A stretch of DNA of 31,154 bases from Candidatus Hydrothermarchaeales archaeon (GCA_046759365.1 JBHICB010000001.1:1-31154); one strand, 5' to 3'. Positions 1-9,620 are shown, counted from the first letter of the stretch. Notes: a model not told the origin generated them from the sequence alone. A program made the numbers and translations.

Positions 1-2
1 AG

Positions 3-644
3 GATCTCTTCACAGATGTCCTTCGCCACGACCTATTGAACTCTGTTAGTGTAATCCACTCAAGCGTGGACCTCTTAGAGGATGTCGTTGAGGACCAAGA
101 GATAATAGATGTTATTGAAAACCAAACAAATAAACTCGAGGACACAATAGAAAAGGCTTCGACACTGGCCCACGTGGAATCCTTCGAGAAACTTGACCTT
201 GTGGGCTCTGATCTCTCAGAGTATGTGAAAGATGCCATGGAGGAGATGAAAACTTTGGCTCAGAAAAAAGGAATAGTGCTTAAAGGAGAATTTGAAGGAA
301 GATACCCCGTCAAATGTAACCCCATATTCAAAGAGGTACCCATAAACCTCATCTCTAACGCCATAAAATACGGCCCCACCGATTCTAAGATTTCTATTGG
401 CATAGAAGACGATGGGGATGGATGGAGGATAATGGTCAAAGACAACGGCCAAGGGATTCCAGACGAGTATAAAAAGGACATATTCCATAGATTCATAAGG
501 AAAGAGAAGGGCGGAACTAAGGGTACAGGTCTCGGCCTTGCCATCGTGCAGGGAATCGTGGCCTTGCACAAGGGAAGTGTTTGGGTAGAGGATAACAAGC
601 CTAGAGGTAGCATTTTTTATGTGAAGGTGCCAAAGGAGCAATAA
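3..644 (+). CDS. Sensor histidine kinase, C-terminal part (HisKA + HATPase_c), truncated by the left window edge
   Basis: Frame is open from nt 3 (DLFTDVLRHDLLN, H-box). N-box NLISNAIKY, G1 DNGQGIP and G2 GTGLGLAIV are present. Confidence 0.93.
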   Translation, partial: DLFTDVLRHDLLNSVSVIHSSVDLLEDVVEDQEIIDVIENQTNKLEDTIEKASTLAHVESFEKLDLVGSDLSEYVKDAMEEMKTLAQKKGIVLKGEFEGRYPVKCNPIFKEVPINLISNAIKYGPTDSKISIGIEDDGDGWRIMVKDNGQGIPDEYKKDIFHRFIRKEKGGTKGTGLGLAIVQGIVALHKGSVWVEDNKPRGSIFYVKVPKEQ

Positions 645-1092
645 ATGGCAAAGATTTTGGCCGTGGATGATGAGCCCAACATAATCAAGATTGTCAAAAA
701 GACCCTTGAGATGGAAGGGCATGAAGTTATGGTGCAGAAAGCGGTGTTGAATGTCTGAAAACCATAGACAATGTAAAGCCTGATTTAGATAAAAAGCCAA
801 GGGTTATAAAAGGTATATAAGGGCTGCGAAAAAGAGTGGGAACTTCCAGTTCATCAATGTAATAAAAGACATCAATAAATCCCTGGGGACATACTATGGG
901 AAAACCCAGACTGAGGACATTATATTGACATCCCTGGGTGATTACGTAAAATCGGAAAAACCCATGGATAAAAGGGGTCTTAAAAGGCTTGTTAGCGAGA
1001 TCGTTTTTGTCCATTTGGTAAGTACGATGAAGATGGAAAAAGCGATAAAATGGGCAGACGATATAATTGAAGAGCATGACTTGAATGATTGA
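645..1092 (+). pseudogene. Degraded response regulator (receiver N-terminus plus an unknown C-terminal domain)
   Basis: ATG directly follows the kinase stop: MAKILAVDDEPNIIKIVKKTLEMEGHEV. After a frameshift at ~730 it reads GAESGVECLKTIDNVKPDL. A third frame, 793-1092, gives a 99-codon open tail with no start codon. The second half of the receiver is missing. Confidence 0.8.
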
Positions 1093-1100
1093 AAATTTTG

Positions 1101-2771
1101 TTATTTCAATGCCTGTGTCTCATAAAGTTTGGAAACGCTTTCGATGGTGTCAGCCTCGTCAGGACTTTTGTCATCCCTTAACCTGATAACCCTGGGAAAC
1201 CTTAGAGCATATCCAGACTCGTATTTCGATGACTTCTGAATCTCCTGATATGCAATTTCCACAACCATTTCTGGTTTTATTGTAACTTCACTCCCGGATT
1301 CGTACTCAATCAAGGGCTTTAAAAGCTTGGTAAATTCGTCCAGCTGCTCTTCTGTAACTCCTGTGCCGACCCTGCCCAGGGGTTTAAACTCTCCTGTAGT
1401 CTCATCCCTACAAGACAGAAGATACGAACTTAGCCATCCAACCCGCTTTCCGGTACCCCACAAGGCACCGGTTATGACAAGGTCCAAGGTCTCCATCACC
1501 GGCTTGATCTTATACATGTGGCCCACCCTAGCAGCAGGTATATAGGTGGCATCCAGATTTTTTATCATAACCCCTTCATGTCCCATCTCCAATGACTTCT
1601 GGTAGAACTTTTCAATTTTGCCCGTATCCGTGGAAACCAACTGCTTTGCCAGCTCAAATTTATCAGGTATGGGTTTTACTGTTTCTTCCAACTTTATCCG
1701 CCTCTCCTCAAAACTTAAGTCGATGGTAGTCTTACCATCAAGAAAAAGGATATCAAAGAGGTATACGACAAAAGGAATTTTTTCAGCCGACTTTTTCACA
1801 TCATATTTTCTCCTGAACCTTCTTAGGATATCCTGGAAAGGCCTCGGCTTGTTTGTTTTTGGATCTATGGCAACAGCCTCGCCATCCAGGATAACATCCT
1901 CTGCCTTGACGGCCTCAAGGGTATATTTTACTATATCAGGCAGTGGTTTTGTTACATCCTCAAGTCTGCGGGAGAATATTTGAACATCCTTTCCATGTTT
2001 GTGGATCTGGACTCTGGCTCCATCGTATTTTATTTCAACTCCTGCCCTTCCTGCATCCTCTAAGCCTTCTTCCAAGGAAGGGGTAATCTGTGCCAGCATG
2101 GGCTTTAAAGGAACTCCTACTTTCATGGAAAGGCCTTCAAGGCCCTTCTCGCCATTCTCTGCTGCAGTTATAGCTACTTTGCCAAAGTCGTTGGTAAGCA
2201 TAAAGGCTCTTTCAACGGTTTTTACAGGACAATCGAACGCCTTTGCAATAGCGTCTCTTACAAGGCCCTCAGCCACACCCACCCGAAGCTCTCCGAGGAT
2301 GGTCCTTGTGATGTACTTTGACTCCTGGGGAGAAGCGTTTGACAAAAGATCGGCTATAAGCTTTATCTTTTTGTCCTGTGACCTGCTCCCGGATATGGTT
2401 GAAATCTTCTCGAAGGTCTGGTAGACATCTTTAATGGATAATTTTCTATAACTTAAAGATGTCTGGATCTTTTTTTCAAATATTCTCTCAGTGGCAAGGC
2501 CTACGTCCCCCTCTTCCCTTAGCATGTTTTCTATCTCTTTTTTATTCTTTCCACTTACAAACGAAATAGAGTCGTATAAAAGGCTGGGCCCTATCCCCAG
2601 CTCTAGCGGGCTCCATTCCGGAAATACCTCACCCATCACAAGGAGGGGGACAATGGATAAAAGATCGCGTGGGATCCTTCCTAAAAAATTGGATATTATC
2701 TCTGCCTTCTCAAGCTTGCTTGTGGTAGCTTCAAGCTCTTCATAGACCTTTGTCAATTCACTGTAGTCCAT
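1101..2771 (-). CDS. lig: ATP-dependent DNA ligase
   Basis: 556 aa. Motif I EIKYDGARVQIH, ILDGE, GHEGVMIK, C-terminal OB fold with ALRFPR. Confidence 0.97.
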   Translation of the reverse strand: MDYSELTKVYEELEATTSKLEKAEIISNFLGRIPRDLLSIVPLLVMGEVFPEWSPLELGIGPSLLYDSISFVSGKNKKEIENMLREEGDVGLATERIFEKKIQTSLSYRKLSIKDVYQTFEKISTISGSRSQDKKIKLIADLLSNASPQESKYITRTILGELRVGVAEGLVRDAIAKAFDCPVKTVERAFMLTNDFGKVAITAAENGEKGLEGLSMKVGVPLKPMLAQITPSLEEGLEDAGRAGVEIKYDGARVQIHKHGKDVQIFSRRLEDVTKPLPDIVKYTLEAVKAEDVILDGEAVAIDPKTNKPRPFQDILRRFRRKYDVKKSAEKIPFVVYLFDILFLDGKTTIDLSFEERRIKLEETVKPIPDKFELAKQLVSTDTGKIEKFYQKSLEMGHEGVMIKNLDATYIPAARVGHMYKIKPVMETLDLVITGALWGTGKRVGWLSSYLLSCRDETTGEFKPLGRVGTGVTEEQLDEFTKLLKPLIEYESGSEVTIKPEMVVEIAYQEIQKSSKYESGYALRFPRVIRLRDDKSPDEADTIESVSKLYETQALK

Positions 2772-2850
2772 CTTAAACGTTTTAGATGTCTATGTTTTTT
2801 GACTTAAACTTTGCCCGAAGAATCGGTGAAAAAAATGAATTTGATGAGAT

Positions 2851-2864
2851 GGAAACTTTATAAA
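2851..2864 (+). promoter_or_regulatory. BRE/TATA of the toxin-antitoxin locus
   Basis: GGAAAC-TTTATAAA ends 24 nt before ATG 2888, typical of an archaeal leaderless transcript. Confidence 0.6.
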
Positions 2865-2887
2865 TGTTAATTTGCAGATAATATGGT

Positions 2888-3079
2888 ATGAATGGCGTAG
2901 AGGCGGAACTTCGGGAAATAAAAAACACACTTAAACACCTGAATGAGAGATTGAATGAGTTAGTGAGCGAGAGGGAATCAATTGCTATAACAGGCTTAAG
3001 TGAAAAATCTTTATCAAAATTTCTTTCTGGAGAGCCCGAGTTATATACACCTCGCGATTTGAAGGTAAGATATAAATGA
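2888..3079 (+). CDS. Putative antitoxin (small coiled-coil protein) of a PemK/MazF pair
   Basis: 63 aa ending EPELYTPRDLKVRYK. ATGA overlap with the downstream MazF-like frame. Confidence 0.7.
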   Translation: MNGVEAELREIKNTLKHLNERLNELVSERESIAITGLSEKSLSKFLSGEPELYTPRDLKVRYK

Positions 3080-3403
3080 AAGGGAAAATCGTTCTCCTCC
3101 CTTTTCCTTTCACAGACTTATCCGCCTCAAAGTATTCCGGCGCTCGTACTTTACGAAGATACGAGGGACGTGATCGTTGCTTTTATATCTTCGAGAATAC
3201 CCTCGACACTTGGAGAGACGGATGTACTTATAGGAGAGGACCATAGAGAATTCAAAAAAACTGGACTAAAAACTTCGTCAATTATAAAATTAAACAAAAT
3301 AGCAACAATACTGAAAGACTTAGTAATTGGGGAACTAGGAGAAGTCGGCCCATCTTTAAAAGAAGAGACAAACAACAAACTAAAAAGAATTCTTAGTTTA
3401 TGA
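3076..3403 (+). pseudogene. PemK/MazF-family toxin, frameshifted at 3133-3136
   Basis: MKGKIVLLPFPFTDLSASK, then 4 nt (TATT), then another frame PALVLYEDTRDVIVAFISS...TGLKTSSIIKLNKIATI. The ORF track shows only the 77-aa tail. Confidence 0.85.
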
Positions 3404-3606
3404 TCTTAAAGTTGAATAAGCTCCTTTTCTCAAAGCAAATAGACAAGTAGATCTTGTTGTCTCTTTAATGAGAGATAACGACCCATTACAATGTTAAAGA
3501 GGGTTGTTATGTTTTTCCAATAGTAGCCCTGGATGCTTGTTTATTAACTGGCGTCTGTAGGCTTTTTTGGAAATTTTAAAGCTGGGTAAAATTGGGATCA
3601 TGGGCA

Positions 3607-4788
3607 CTAAAGCCCTGCATCTTTTCTTAAGACATCTGCCATATCCGTTTTTTCCCAAGTAAAGTCAGGATCATCTCGGCCAAAATGGCCGTGGGCAGCC
3701 GTTTTCCTGTAGATGGGACGCTTAAGATTGAGGTGGTTTATTATGGCCCTCGGTCTTAAATCGAAGTGTTTTTTTATAAGCTCGATAATATCCTCCTCAG
3801 GTATCTTCGCAGTCCCCATGGTACTAAGATTTACAGAGATAGGCTCAGGTACGCCGATAGCATACGACAGCTGCAACTCACACCTGTCAGCCAAACCGGC
3901 GGCAACGACGTTTTTTGCAACATACCGCGCCATGTAAGAAGCAGACCTGTCCACCTTCGAAGGATCCTTACCAGAGAAAGCCCCACCGCCGTGGCTACCG
4001 CGCCCACCATAGGTGTCCACGATAATCTTCCTGCCAGTAAGCCCGGTATCACCATGGGGTCCGCCAACAACAAACCGCCCAGTCTCATTCACAAAGTATT
4101 TCGTGTTGTCATCAAGAAGCTCCGACGGTATAACGGCCTTAATCACGTGCTCTAAGACCTTCTTTTTTACATCCTCATTGGAAAGGCTGCCGTCATTCTG
4201 GGCAGCAACAATAACGGCCTCTACTCTTTTTGCCTCCATACCATGATATTCAACTGTCACCTGTGACTTTCCATCAGGTCTTAAAAATGGCAGAATGCCG
4301 TCCCTCATGCATTCAGATAGGCGCATAGTTAACTTGTGGGCAAGCGAGATCGGAAGTGGCATGAACTCGGGGGTTTCATTGGTTGCGTATCCAAACATCA
4401 ACCCTTGATCTCCAGCACCCTGCTCATGCTCATCAGTTTGATTGACACCCTGAGCGATGTCAGGAGACTGTTTATCTAGAGCTACTATGACTGCACACGA
4501 GTCGGCGTCAAACCCCCTCTCTGAATTTGTATAACCTATATCCCTTACTGTGTCCCTCACAATCTTTGGAACATCCAACTGAGCCTTTGTCGTTACCTCA
4601 CCGGCAACAAACACTACCCCAGTTGTAAGCAGGGTCTCGCAGGCCACCCTGCTATCTGGATCCTCTGCCAAGGCTGCATCCAGTACAGCATCCGATATCT
4701 GATCCGCAATCTTGTCAGGATGCCCCTCTGATACCGATTCGGAAGTGAAGAAAAAAACCCTGTCCTCCGAATAACCTGTAGTGTCCAT
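3607..4788 (-). CDS. metK: S-adenosylmethionine synthetase, bacterial/eukaryotic type
   Basis: [22 protein letters not shown] and [16 protein letters not shown] motifs. Start set at ATG 4788 behind a GGTGA RBS. Confidence 0.96.
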   Translation of the reverse strand: MDTTGYSEDRVFFFTSESVSEGHPDKIADQISDAVLDAALAEDPDSRVACETLLTTGVVFVAGEVTTKAQLDVPKIVRDTVRDIGYTNSERGFDADSCAVIVALDKQSPDIAQGVNQTDEHEQGAGDQGLMFGYATNETPEFMPLPISLAHKLTMRLSECMRDGILPFLRPDGKSQVTVEYHGMEAKRVEAVIVAAQNDGSLSNEDVKKKVLEHVIKAVIPSELLDDNTKYFVNETGRFVVGGPHGDTGLTGRKIIVDTYGGRGSHGGGAFSGKDPSKVDRSASYMARYVAKNVVAAGLADRCELQLSYAIGVPEPISVNLSTMGTAKIPEEDIIELIKKHFDLRPRAIINHLNLKRPIYRKTAAHGHFGRDDPDFTWEKTDMADVLRKDAGL

Positions 4789-4914
4789 ATTTTCACCGAG
4801 CAAGGATATTTTTGATTTTATTTAATGTTTTCGTCATTGTTGCTTTGTCACATAATCCGTCCGAAACAAGTTTTACTTTAGATCTGTACGCTGCCTTAAT
4901 ACCATCTGCTAATT

Positions 4915-5085
4915 TCAATAGGCCTTTCTTAATATCAGGTCACCCCTCCGGACAGAAACAGTTGTTCCCGAGAGGACCTCTATCTCGTCCCCTTCTTCCC
5001 AGGTTGTAAATCTTATAAGGTCCTCTGGAATCTCTATGAAATATACGCCGGCGAAGGTTTTTTTAAGCTTCATCTTATATGGCAT
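4915..5085 (-). CDS. Small AbrB/MazE/SpoVT-like (swapped-hairpin) protein, 56 aa, absent from the ORF track
   Basis: Manual translation MPYKMKLKKTFAGVYFIEIPEDLIRFTTWEEGDEIEVLSGTTVSVRRGDLILRKAY. The pattern IxIPxxLxxxxxWxxGDxIxV...LILRK is typical of AbrB-like folds. Confidence 0.7.
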   Translation of the reverse strand: MPYKMKLKKTFAGVYFIEIPEDLIRFTTWEEGDEIEVLSGTTVSVRRGDLILRKAY

Positions 5086-5124
5086 ATCATTGTATGGACA
5101 TAATAAAGTTTGGTTCCTTTATTG

Positions 5125-5937
5125 TCAAAATCTCTTCGCTACAAAATCCACTAAATTCTTAAATATAGAGAAACCATCCCCTATTTCTCCAAGTCCCGTC
5201 CTGGTCCAGTCCGGATAGGTTATCCTCTGGAATGCCCTTTCTGGATGGGGCATAAGACCAAAGACTGTTCCAGACGGATTGCATATGCCTGCGATGTCGG
5301 CAAAAGAACCATTTGGGTTTTCGGGGTAAGAACCAAAAGCTAAGCTTCCCTCTCCCTTGGCGTATTTGTAAACGATCTGATCATTCTTTTCAAGTTCGTT
5401 TAAAAGTCGCTCTTCCTCTTCAGGCGGCAGGATGAACTTCCCTTCCCCGTGGGCTACCGGCATTCTAACAAGTTCATTGCCGTTAGCAGTAAAAACACAC
5501 CTGCTTTCATTTACTTTTTTAAGATATACCCATCGATCCTCAAACTTTGAAGAAGTGTTTGTTCCGAGTGCGGCATTAAGGATCGTACCACGGTCTTTAA
5601 ATCCAGGTAATAGGCCGGATTCTACCAATACCTGAAAGCCGTTGCATATACCCAATATTGGCTTACTCTCCTCTGCAAATTCTGTCAACAAATCGCCGAA
5701 TTTACACTGCAAGGTCTTTCCCAAGATAGCCCCAGACCTTATGTGATCTCCAAAAGAAAACCCCCCAGGGATGACAAGCCCGTGGTATGACGCCAAATCT
5801 TTTTCTCCTTTGAGGAGCTGGTTTATGTGGACAATCTCTGCTTTTGTACCGAAGTACTCCAAAGCATAATGTGTTTCTATATCACAATTGGTGCCAGGCG
5901 CTCTTATCAAACAAAAAATTATATCCTCAATCTCCAT
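5125..5937 (-). CDS. purQ: FGAM synthase glutaminase subunit
   Basis: PGTNCD, PGGFSFGD, GICNGFQ (catalytic Cys), AHGEG, MPHPER. Confidence 0.96.
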   Translation of the reverse strand: MEIEDIIFCLIRAPGTNCDIETHYALEYFGTKAEIVHINQLLKGEKDLASYHGLVIPGGFSFGDHIRSGAILGKTLQCKFGDLLTEFAEESKPILGICNGFQVLVESGLLPGFKDRGTILNAALGTNTSSKFEDRWVYLKKVNESRCVFTANGNELVRMPVAHGEGKFILPPEEEERLLNELEKNDQIVYKYAKGEGSLAFGSYPENPNGSFADIAGICNPSGTVFGLMPHPERAFQRITYPDWTRTGLGEIGDGFSIFKNLVDFVAKRF

Positions 5938-5941
5938 GCCA

Positions 5942-8275
5942 TCACTTCAACGTCCTCTGCCAATAGTCTTTTAGTGTCTTTAGATCAGAAGAAATTAATT
6001 GATTTTTGAAGCCAAAAATCCTGAGTTCCTCATCAGGTATCGTGGTGCCGATTTGAGCGAAAACCGTGCCCTTTAAAAGGTGTTCAAACCTATCCTGGTT
6101 ATCCTTATCAATCTCCACTAAAAATCTGCTGTTTGACTCAGAAAACAAAATATAATCCTCCCGCATCTTTGCATCGACCGAAACTTTACTCAGTCGAACA
6201 TCCACACCAATACCTCCAGAGAACGCCATCTCTGCCAAGGATACAGCCAAGCCCCCCTCAGAGAGGTCATGGCAAGACCTGATAAGTCCTTCATCAATCG
6301 CTTTTGTCAATGAATCCATGGTTGTTTTTGCTGTTTTCGCGTTTACCTTTGGCACGCTATTGCCCAGAAATCCATGGATCTTGTAATAATGAGAACCACC
6401 GAGCTCATCAAACGTCTTACCTATTATATATATGGGGTTATCCACCTCCTTTATATCCATTGAAACGCACTTTCTTACATCAGGTATTATGCCAAGGGCT
6501 GAGATGAGTAAGGTGGGGGTTATCGGTCCGATTGCAGACTCGTTGTATAGGCTATCTTTACCTGAAATAAACGGGGTGCCATATTCAATGGCTGTATCAT
6601 AGCAGGCCTGAGAAGCCCTGACCAGGGTGCCTAATCTGTCGGGCTTTTCCGGGTTCCCCCAGCAGAAGTTATCAAGTAACGCAATTCTTCGGCCTCCAAC
6701 CGCAACATTGTTCCTGATGGCCTCGTCGATGGCTGATGCAGCCATCCAGTATGCATCGATCTTGCCATATTCAGGATTAAGGCCGTTGGATATGACCACT
6801 CCTTTCCATGAATCAAAAAGGGGTTTTAGGACAGATGCATCTCCAGGACCGTCTTCGAGGACACCTTGCAGGGGTTTAAGGACGCTTGCCGCTCTCACTT
6901 CGTGATCGTAGGTCCTTATCACAGATTCCTTGCTCGCTACATTGGGAGAGGCCAGTATATCCAACAAAGAAGGTGTAAGATCTTTAGGCACCTTAAAGTC
7001 AGGTTCTGGGAATCGTTTCTTCTCCCAACTTGCTTTTCTAGTAATCTCTGGCACACCTTTGAACATGAACTCTATGTCAAGCTCTCCTACGACATCGTCT
7101 TTGAATACAAGTCTCAATGTTTTCTGGGGTATAAAGGCGCCGATGGGCGTTGCCTCTACATCTTCATCTTCAAAGATCTTTATTACACGTTCAAGGTTTT
7201 CTTTTGGTACAGAGATGAGCATCCTCTCCTGAGATTCTGACGTCCAGATCTCCCATTGCATCATATTTGGGTATTTTAACGGCACCCTGTCCAGGTGGAC
7301 TACTGCACCACAATCCGACCTCTCTGCCATCTCACCTACAGCTGAGGAAAGACCGCCCCCGCCTAGGTCGGTTATAGCCGAACCCAACACCAAATCTCTG
7401 ACCTTCAATATTCCACGCTTCATCCTTTCCTCCTGTATTGGATCGCCAATCTGCACCGCAGAGCCGGATGTCTCTTCTGACTCTTCATGCAGCTCGATGG
7501 ATGCAAAGGTCACACCGTGGATTCCATCTCTACCTGTCCTCCCACCCACCAGCAGGATTATATCTCCTGGCTTTGTGTTTTTGACAAATCTTTTCTTGGG
7601 AACGGTGCCGACAGTACCGCAGTAAACCAATGGATTGCCGGTGTAACTTTCATCGAAGAATATGGCACCATTGACGGTGGGAATGCCCATATTGTTTCCG
7701 TAACTTCCTATCCCTTTTACTACATAAGAGTAAATGAACCTCGGATGCTTGCTTCCTTGCGGCACTTTACTGTAAGGCATGTCTAAAGGCCCAAAACACA
7801 AAACGTTTGTATTCGCAATGGGCTCTCCCCAGACACCCAGTATGTCTCTTATCACACCCCCTACCCCTGTAGCTGCGCCCCCGAAAGGTTCAAGGGCAGA
7901 AGGGTGGTTGTGGGTCTCAACCTTGAATGCGACAGCTGTGTCGTCTTCAAAGTCCACAATGCCTGCATTGTCTTCAAAGACTGAGAAACACCAGCCAGGG
8001 TCAAGCTCTCTTGTAACCTTGGCAACAGTTGTTTTCAGCAGATTTTCTATTCTATCTTGTCCCATTATGATCTTACATTTGAAGGTCTTGTGAAAGCAGT
8101 GCTCCGACCAAGTCTGGGCAAGGGTTTCAAGCTCAATATCGGTGGGATTACGTCCGGCTTTTTTGTAATATCCCTTAATCTCCTGCATCTCCTCCAAGTT
8201 CAAGGAGAGTTGTCCCTCCCTGCTTATCTCCAAGAGAATATCGTCGCTTGCATCGAGGATCTCGATTTCGACCAT
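5942..8275 (-). CDS. purL: FGAM synthase synthetase subunit
   Basis: WSEHC, KVETHNHPS, DLGGGGL, SESQERM, SGKDSLYN, HDLSEGGL. Start set at ATG 8275 (TAATG overlap with purS). Confidence 0.96.
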   Translation of the reverse strand: MVEIEILDASDDILLEISREGQLSLNLEEMQEIKGYYKKAGRNPTDIELETLAQTWSEHCFHKTFKCKIIMGQDRIENLLKTTVAKVTRELDPGWCFSVFEDNAGIVDFEDDTAVAFKVETHNHPSALEPFGGAATGVGGVIRDILGVWGEPIANTNVLCFGPLDMPYSKVPQGSKHPRFIYSYVVKGIGSYGNNMGIPTVNGAIFFDESYTGNPLVYCGTVGTVPKKRFVKNTKPGDIILLVGGRTGRDGIHGVTFASIELHEESEETSGSAVQIGDPIQEERMKRGILKVRDLVLGSAITDLGGGGLSSAVGEMAERSDCGAVVHLDRVPLKYPNMMQWEIWTSESQERMLISVPKENLERVIKIFEDEDVEATPIGAFIPQKTLRLVFKDDVVGELDIEFMFKGVPEITRKASWEKKRFPEPDFKVPKDLTPSLLDILASPNVASKESVIRTYDHEVRAASVLKPLQGVLEDGPGDASVLKPLFDSWKGVVISNGLNPEYGKIDAYWMAASAIDEAIRNNVAVGGRRIALLDNFCWGNPEKPDRLGTLVRASQACYDTAIEYGTPFISGKDSLYNESAIGPITPTLLISALGIIPDVRKCVSMDIKEVDNPIYIIGKTFDELGGSHYYKIHGFLGNSVPKVNAKTAKTTMDSLTKAIDEGLIRSCHDLSEGGLAVSLAEMAFSGGIGVDVRLSKVSVDAKMREDYILFSESNSRFLVEIDKDNQDRFEHLLKGTVFAQIGTTIPDEELRIFGFKNQLISSDLKTLKDYWQRTLK

Positions 8276-8511
8276 TACCGGGACTCCTTGACCTCCGCTA
8301 TCGTGTAGTTCTGACTCACTGGATTTGCCAATAAACGCTTGCACATCTCTTCTATCTCGGCCTTTGAATAATCGCCTTCGATCCGATAGACCTTGGAGGC
8401 ATGGACACTTTTCACCTTTTCAAATCCCAGAGTTTTAAGGCCTTTTAGCGTTGATTCCCCTTCTGTGTCTTGAACTCCTGGCTTGTAACCGATTCTGACT
8501 TCCCACAGCAT
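8275..8511 (-). CDS. purS: FGAM synthase PurS subunit
   Basis: KPGVQDTEG...LLANPVSQNY. ATG 8511 follows a GGTGA RBS. Confidence 0.93.
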   Translation of the reverse strand: MLWEVRIGYKPGVQDTEGESTLKGLKTLGFEKVKSVHASKVYRIEGDYSKAEIEEMCKRLLANPVSQNYTIAEVKESR

Positions 8512-8562
8512 AAGTATCACCATCAATTAGAAGTCTTAAAAAAGAAAGATATAAGCCTTTGG

Positions 8563-9576
8563 TCATTTAATGTTGGCAAGTATCTTGGAATAGTAAGATT
8601 CCTCACAATTAGTGGCGTTTCTTCCAAGGTCATCAAGTGTACAGAGGATTTCTCCGCCCTTTTTAATCTTTAAAAATGTGATCTTTGAAGGATACTCGTT
8701 ATATAAGAATCTGCTCCTTTGTGTCTCAAATATCTGGCAGACGCGGGCATAAGACTTAATCCTCCAATCAATAGTCACTCCATTATCAGTTTCTCCGCAA
8801 AGCCTCCACAGGGGGTTTTCAACTCCGCCCTTCACGGCTATCGTTACATTTTTGTTGAATTTGTAAACTTCATCGTCAAATTTGAAGTTAAGACTCTTAA
8901 AGAGGGGTACCAAGGCCCGGGGCTCATAAAAATCGAGTTGTGAACCATCTTCAAAAAAAGTCCTGCCCCATCGCCATGGAATAAATGGCATGTTTATAGC
9001 TACCTTCTGGATAAAAGCTATGCCTTTGGATTCCGTGCCCTTAACCTTCCCTTTAAATGTAAAGTATGCATTATGCCTTTGAAATGGATTCATAAGATTT
9101 CCAAACTTAAGAAAATCTTCATTACGTTTTTCAGTTAAACTGACCTCGGTATCAAATTCTTTCAGTTTGAAGATATAACCCCCGGCTTTTCTTTTAAATA
9201 ACAGGGTGTCTGATACAAATCCATCGTTGTAACTCTCCAGAACATCGTTCCTGGTCTCGTGGAGTGTTTTCTCGTTTTGGTACCAATATGAGAGTCCAAC
9301 CTTGTAGTTAGGAGGATCAAAGGCAAATTCTATGGGAATCTTGTTTAACTGGTAATTCGAGATATTTTTCTGCCCTATGCCGATCATCAACTGAGTACCT
9401 GACTCAAAATCCAGAAATAGCATGTATCTGTAGATGGTCGTCCAATAACGGAGTTTGTCATCGAAATCAAAAAAGTCGTCTTCGAATGATTTTCCTGTAG
9501 TTGCATCTGCAAATCGTCTTTCAAAATCGAAGGCTGGAGGTTCGATTGGCAGCAAGGTTTTGATCCTCTCTATCAT
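8563..9576 (-). CDS. Hypothetical aromatic-rich beta protein, possibly AttH/CrtC/tocopherol-cyclase-like fold
   Basis: 337-aa ORF with its own TATA. The segment PWRWGRTFFEDGSQLDFY recalls lipocalin-like hydratase/cyclase folds (weak resemblance). Confidence 0.6.
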   Translation of the reverse strand: MIERIKTLLPIEPPAFDFERRFADATTGKSFEDDFFDFDDKLRYWTTIYRYMLFLDFESGTQLMIGIGQKNISNYQLNKIPIEFAFDPPNYKVGLSYWYQNEKTLHETRNDVLESYNDGFVSDTLLFKRKAGGYIFKLKEFDTEVSLTEKRNEDFLKFGNLMNPFQRHNAYFTFKGKVKGTESKGIAFIQKVAINMPFIPWRWGRTFFEDGSQLDFYEPRALVPLFKSLNFKFDDEVYKFNKNVTIAVKGGVENPLWRLCGETDNGVTIDWRIKSYARVCQIFETQRSRFLYNEYPSKITFLKIKKGGEILCTLDDLGRNATNCEESYYSKILANIK

Positions 9577-9599
9577 GTCAAACGAAGATAGTTTATACC

Positions 9600-9607
9600 T
9601 TTATAAA
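9600..9607 (-). promoter_or_regulatory. TATA box of the 337-aa gene
   Basis: TTTATAAA 24 nt upstream of ATG 9576. Confidence 0.55.
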
Positions 9608-9620
9608 TCTTTTTAGTATA

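Noticed and set aside
216-1077. Minus-strand ORFs 216-800, 260-613 and 727-1077
   Set aside because: Antisense shadows of the kinase and the response-regulator pseudogene; no motifs.
3404-3606. Possible decayed coding remnant on the minus strand (...QGYYWKNITTLFNIVMGRYL...), vaguely transposase-like
   Set aside because: Interrupted by stops, no terminal inverted repeats, and no family I can name with confidence. A blastx would settle it.
4789-4914. SAM riboswitch upstream of metK
   Set aside because: No SAM-I core or other recognisable aptamer stems; the region looks like a plain TATA plus RBS leader.
5942-8344. Numerous 60-125 aa ORFs opposite or within purL, and similar ones within lig, metK and htrA
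   Set aside because: Shadow ORFs of well-supported genes.
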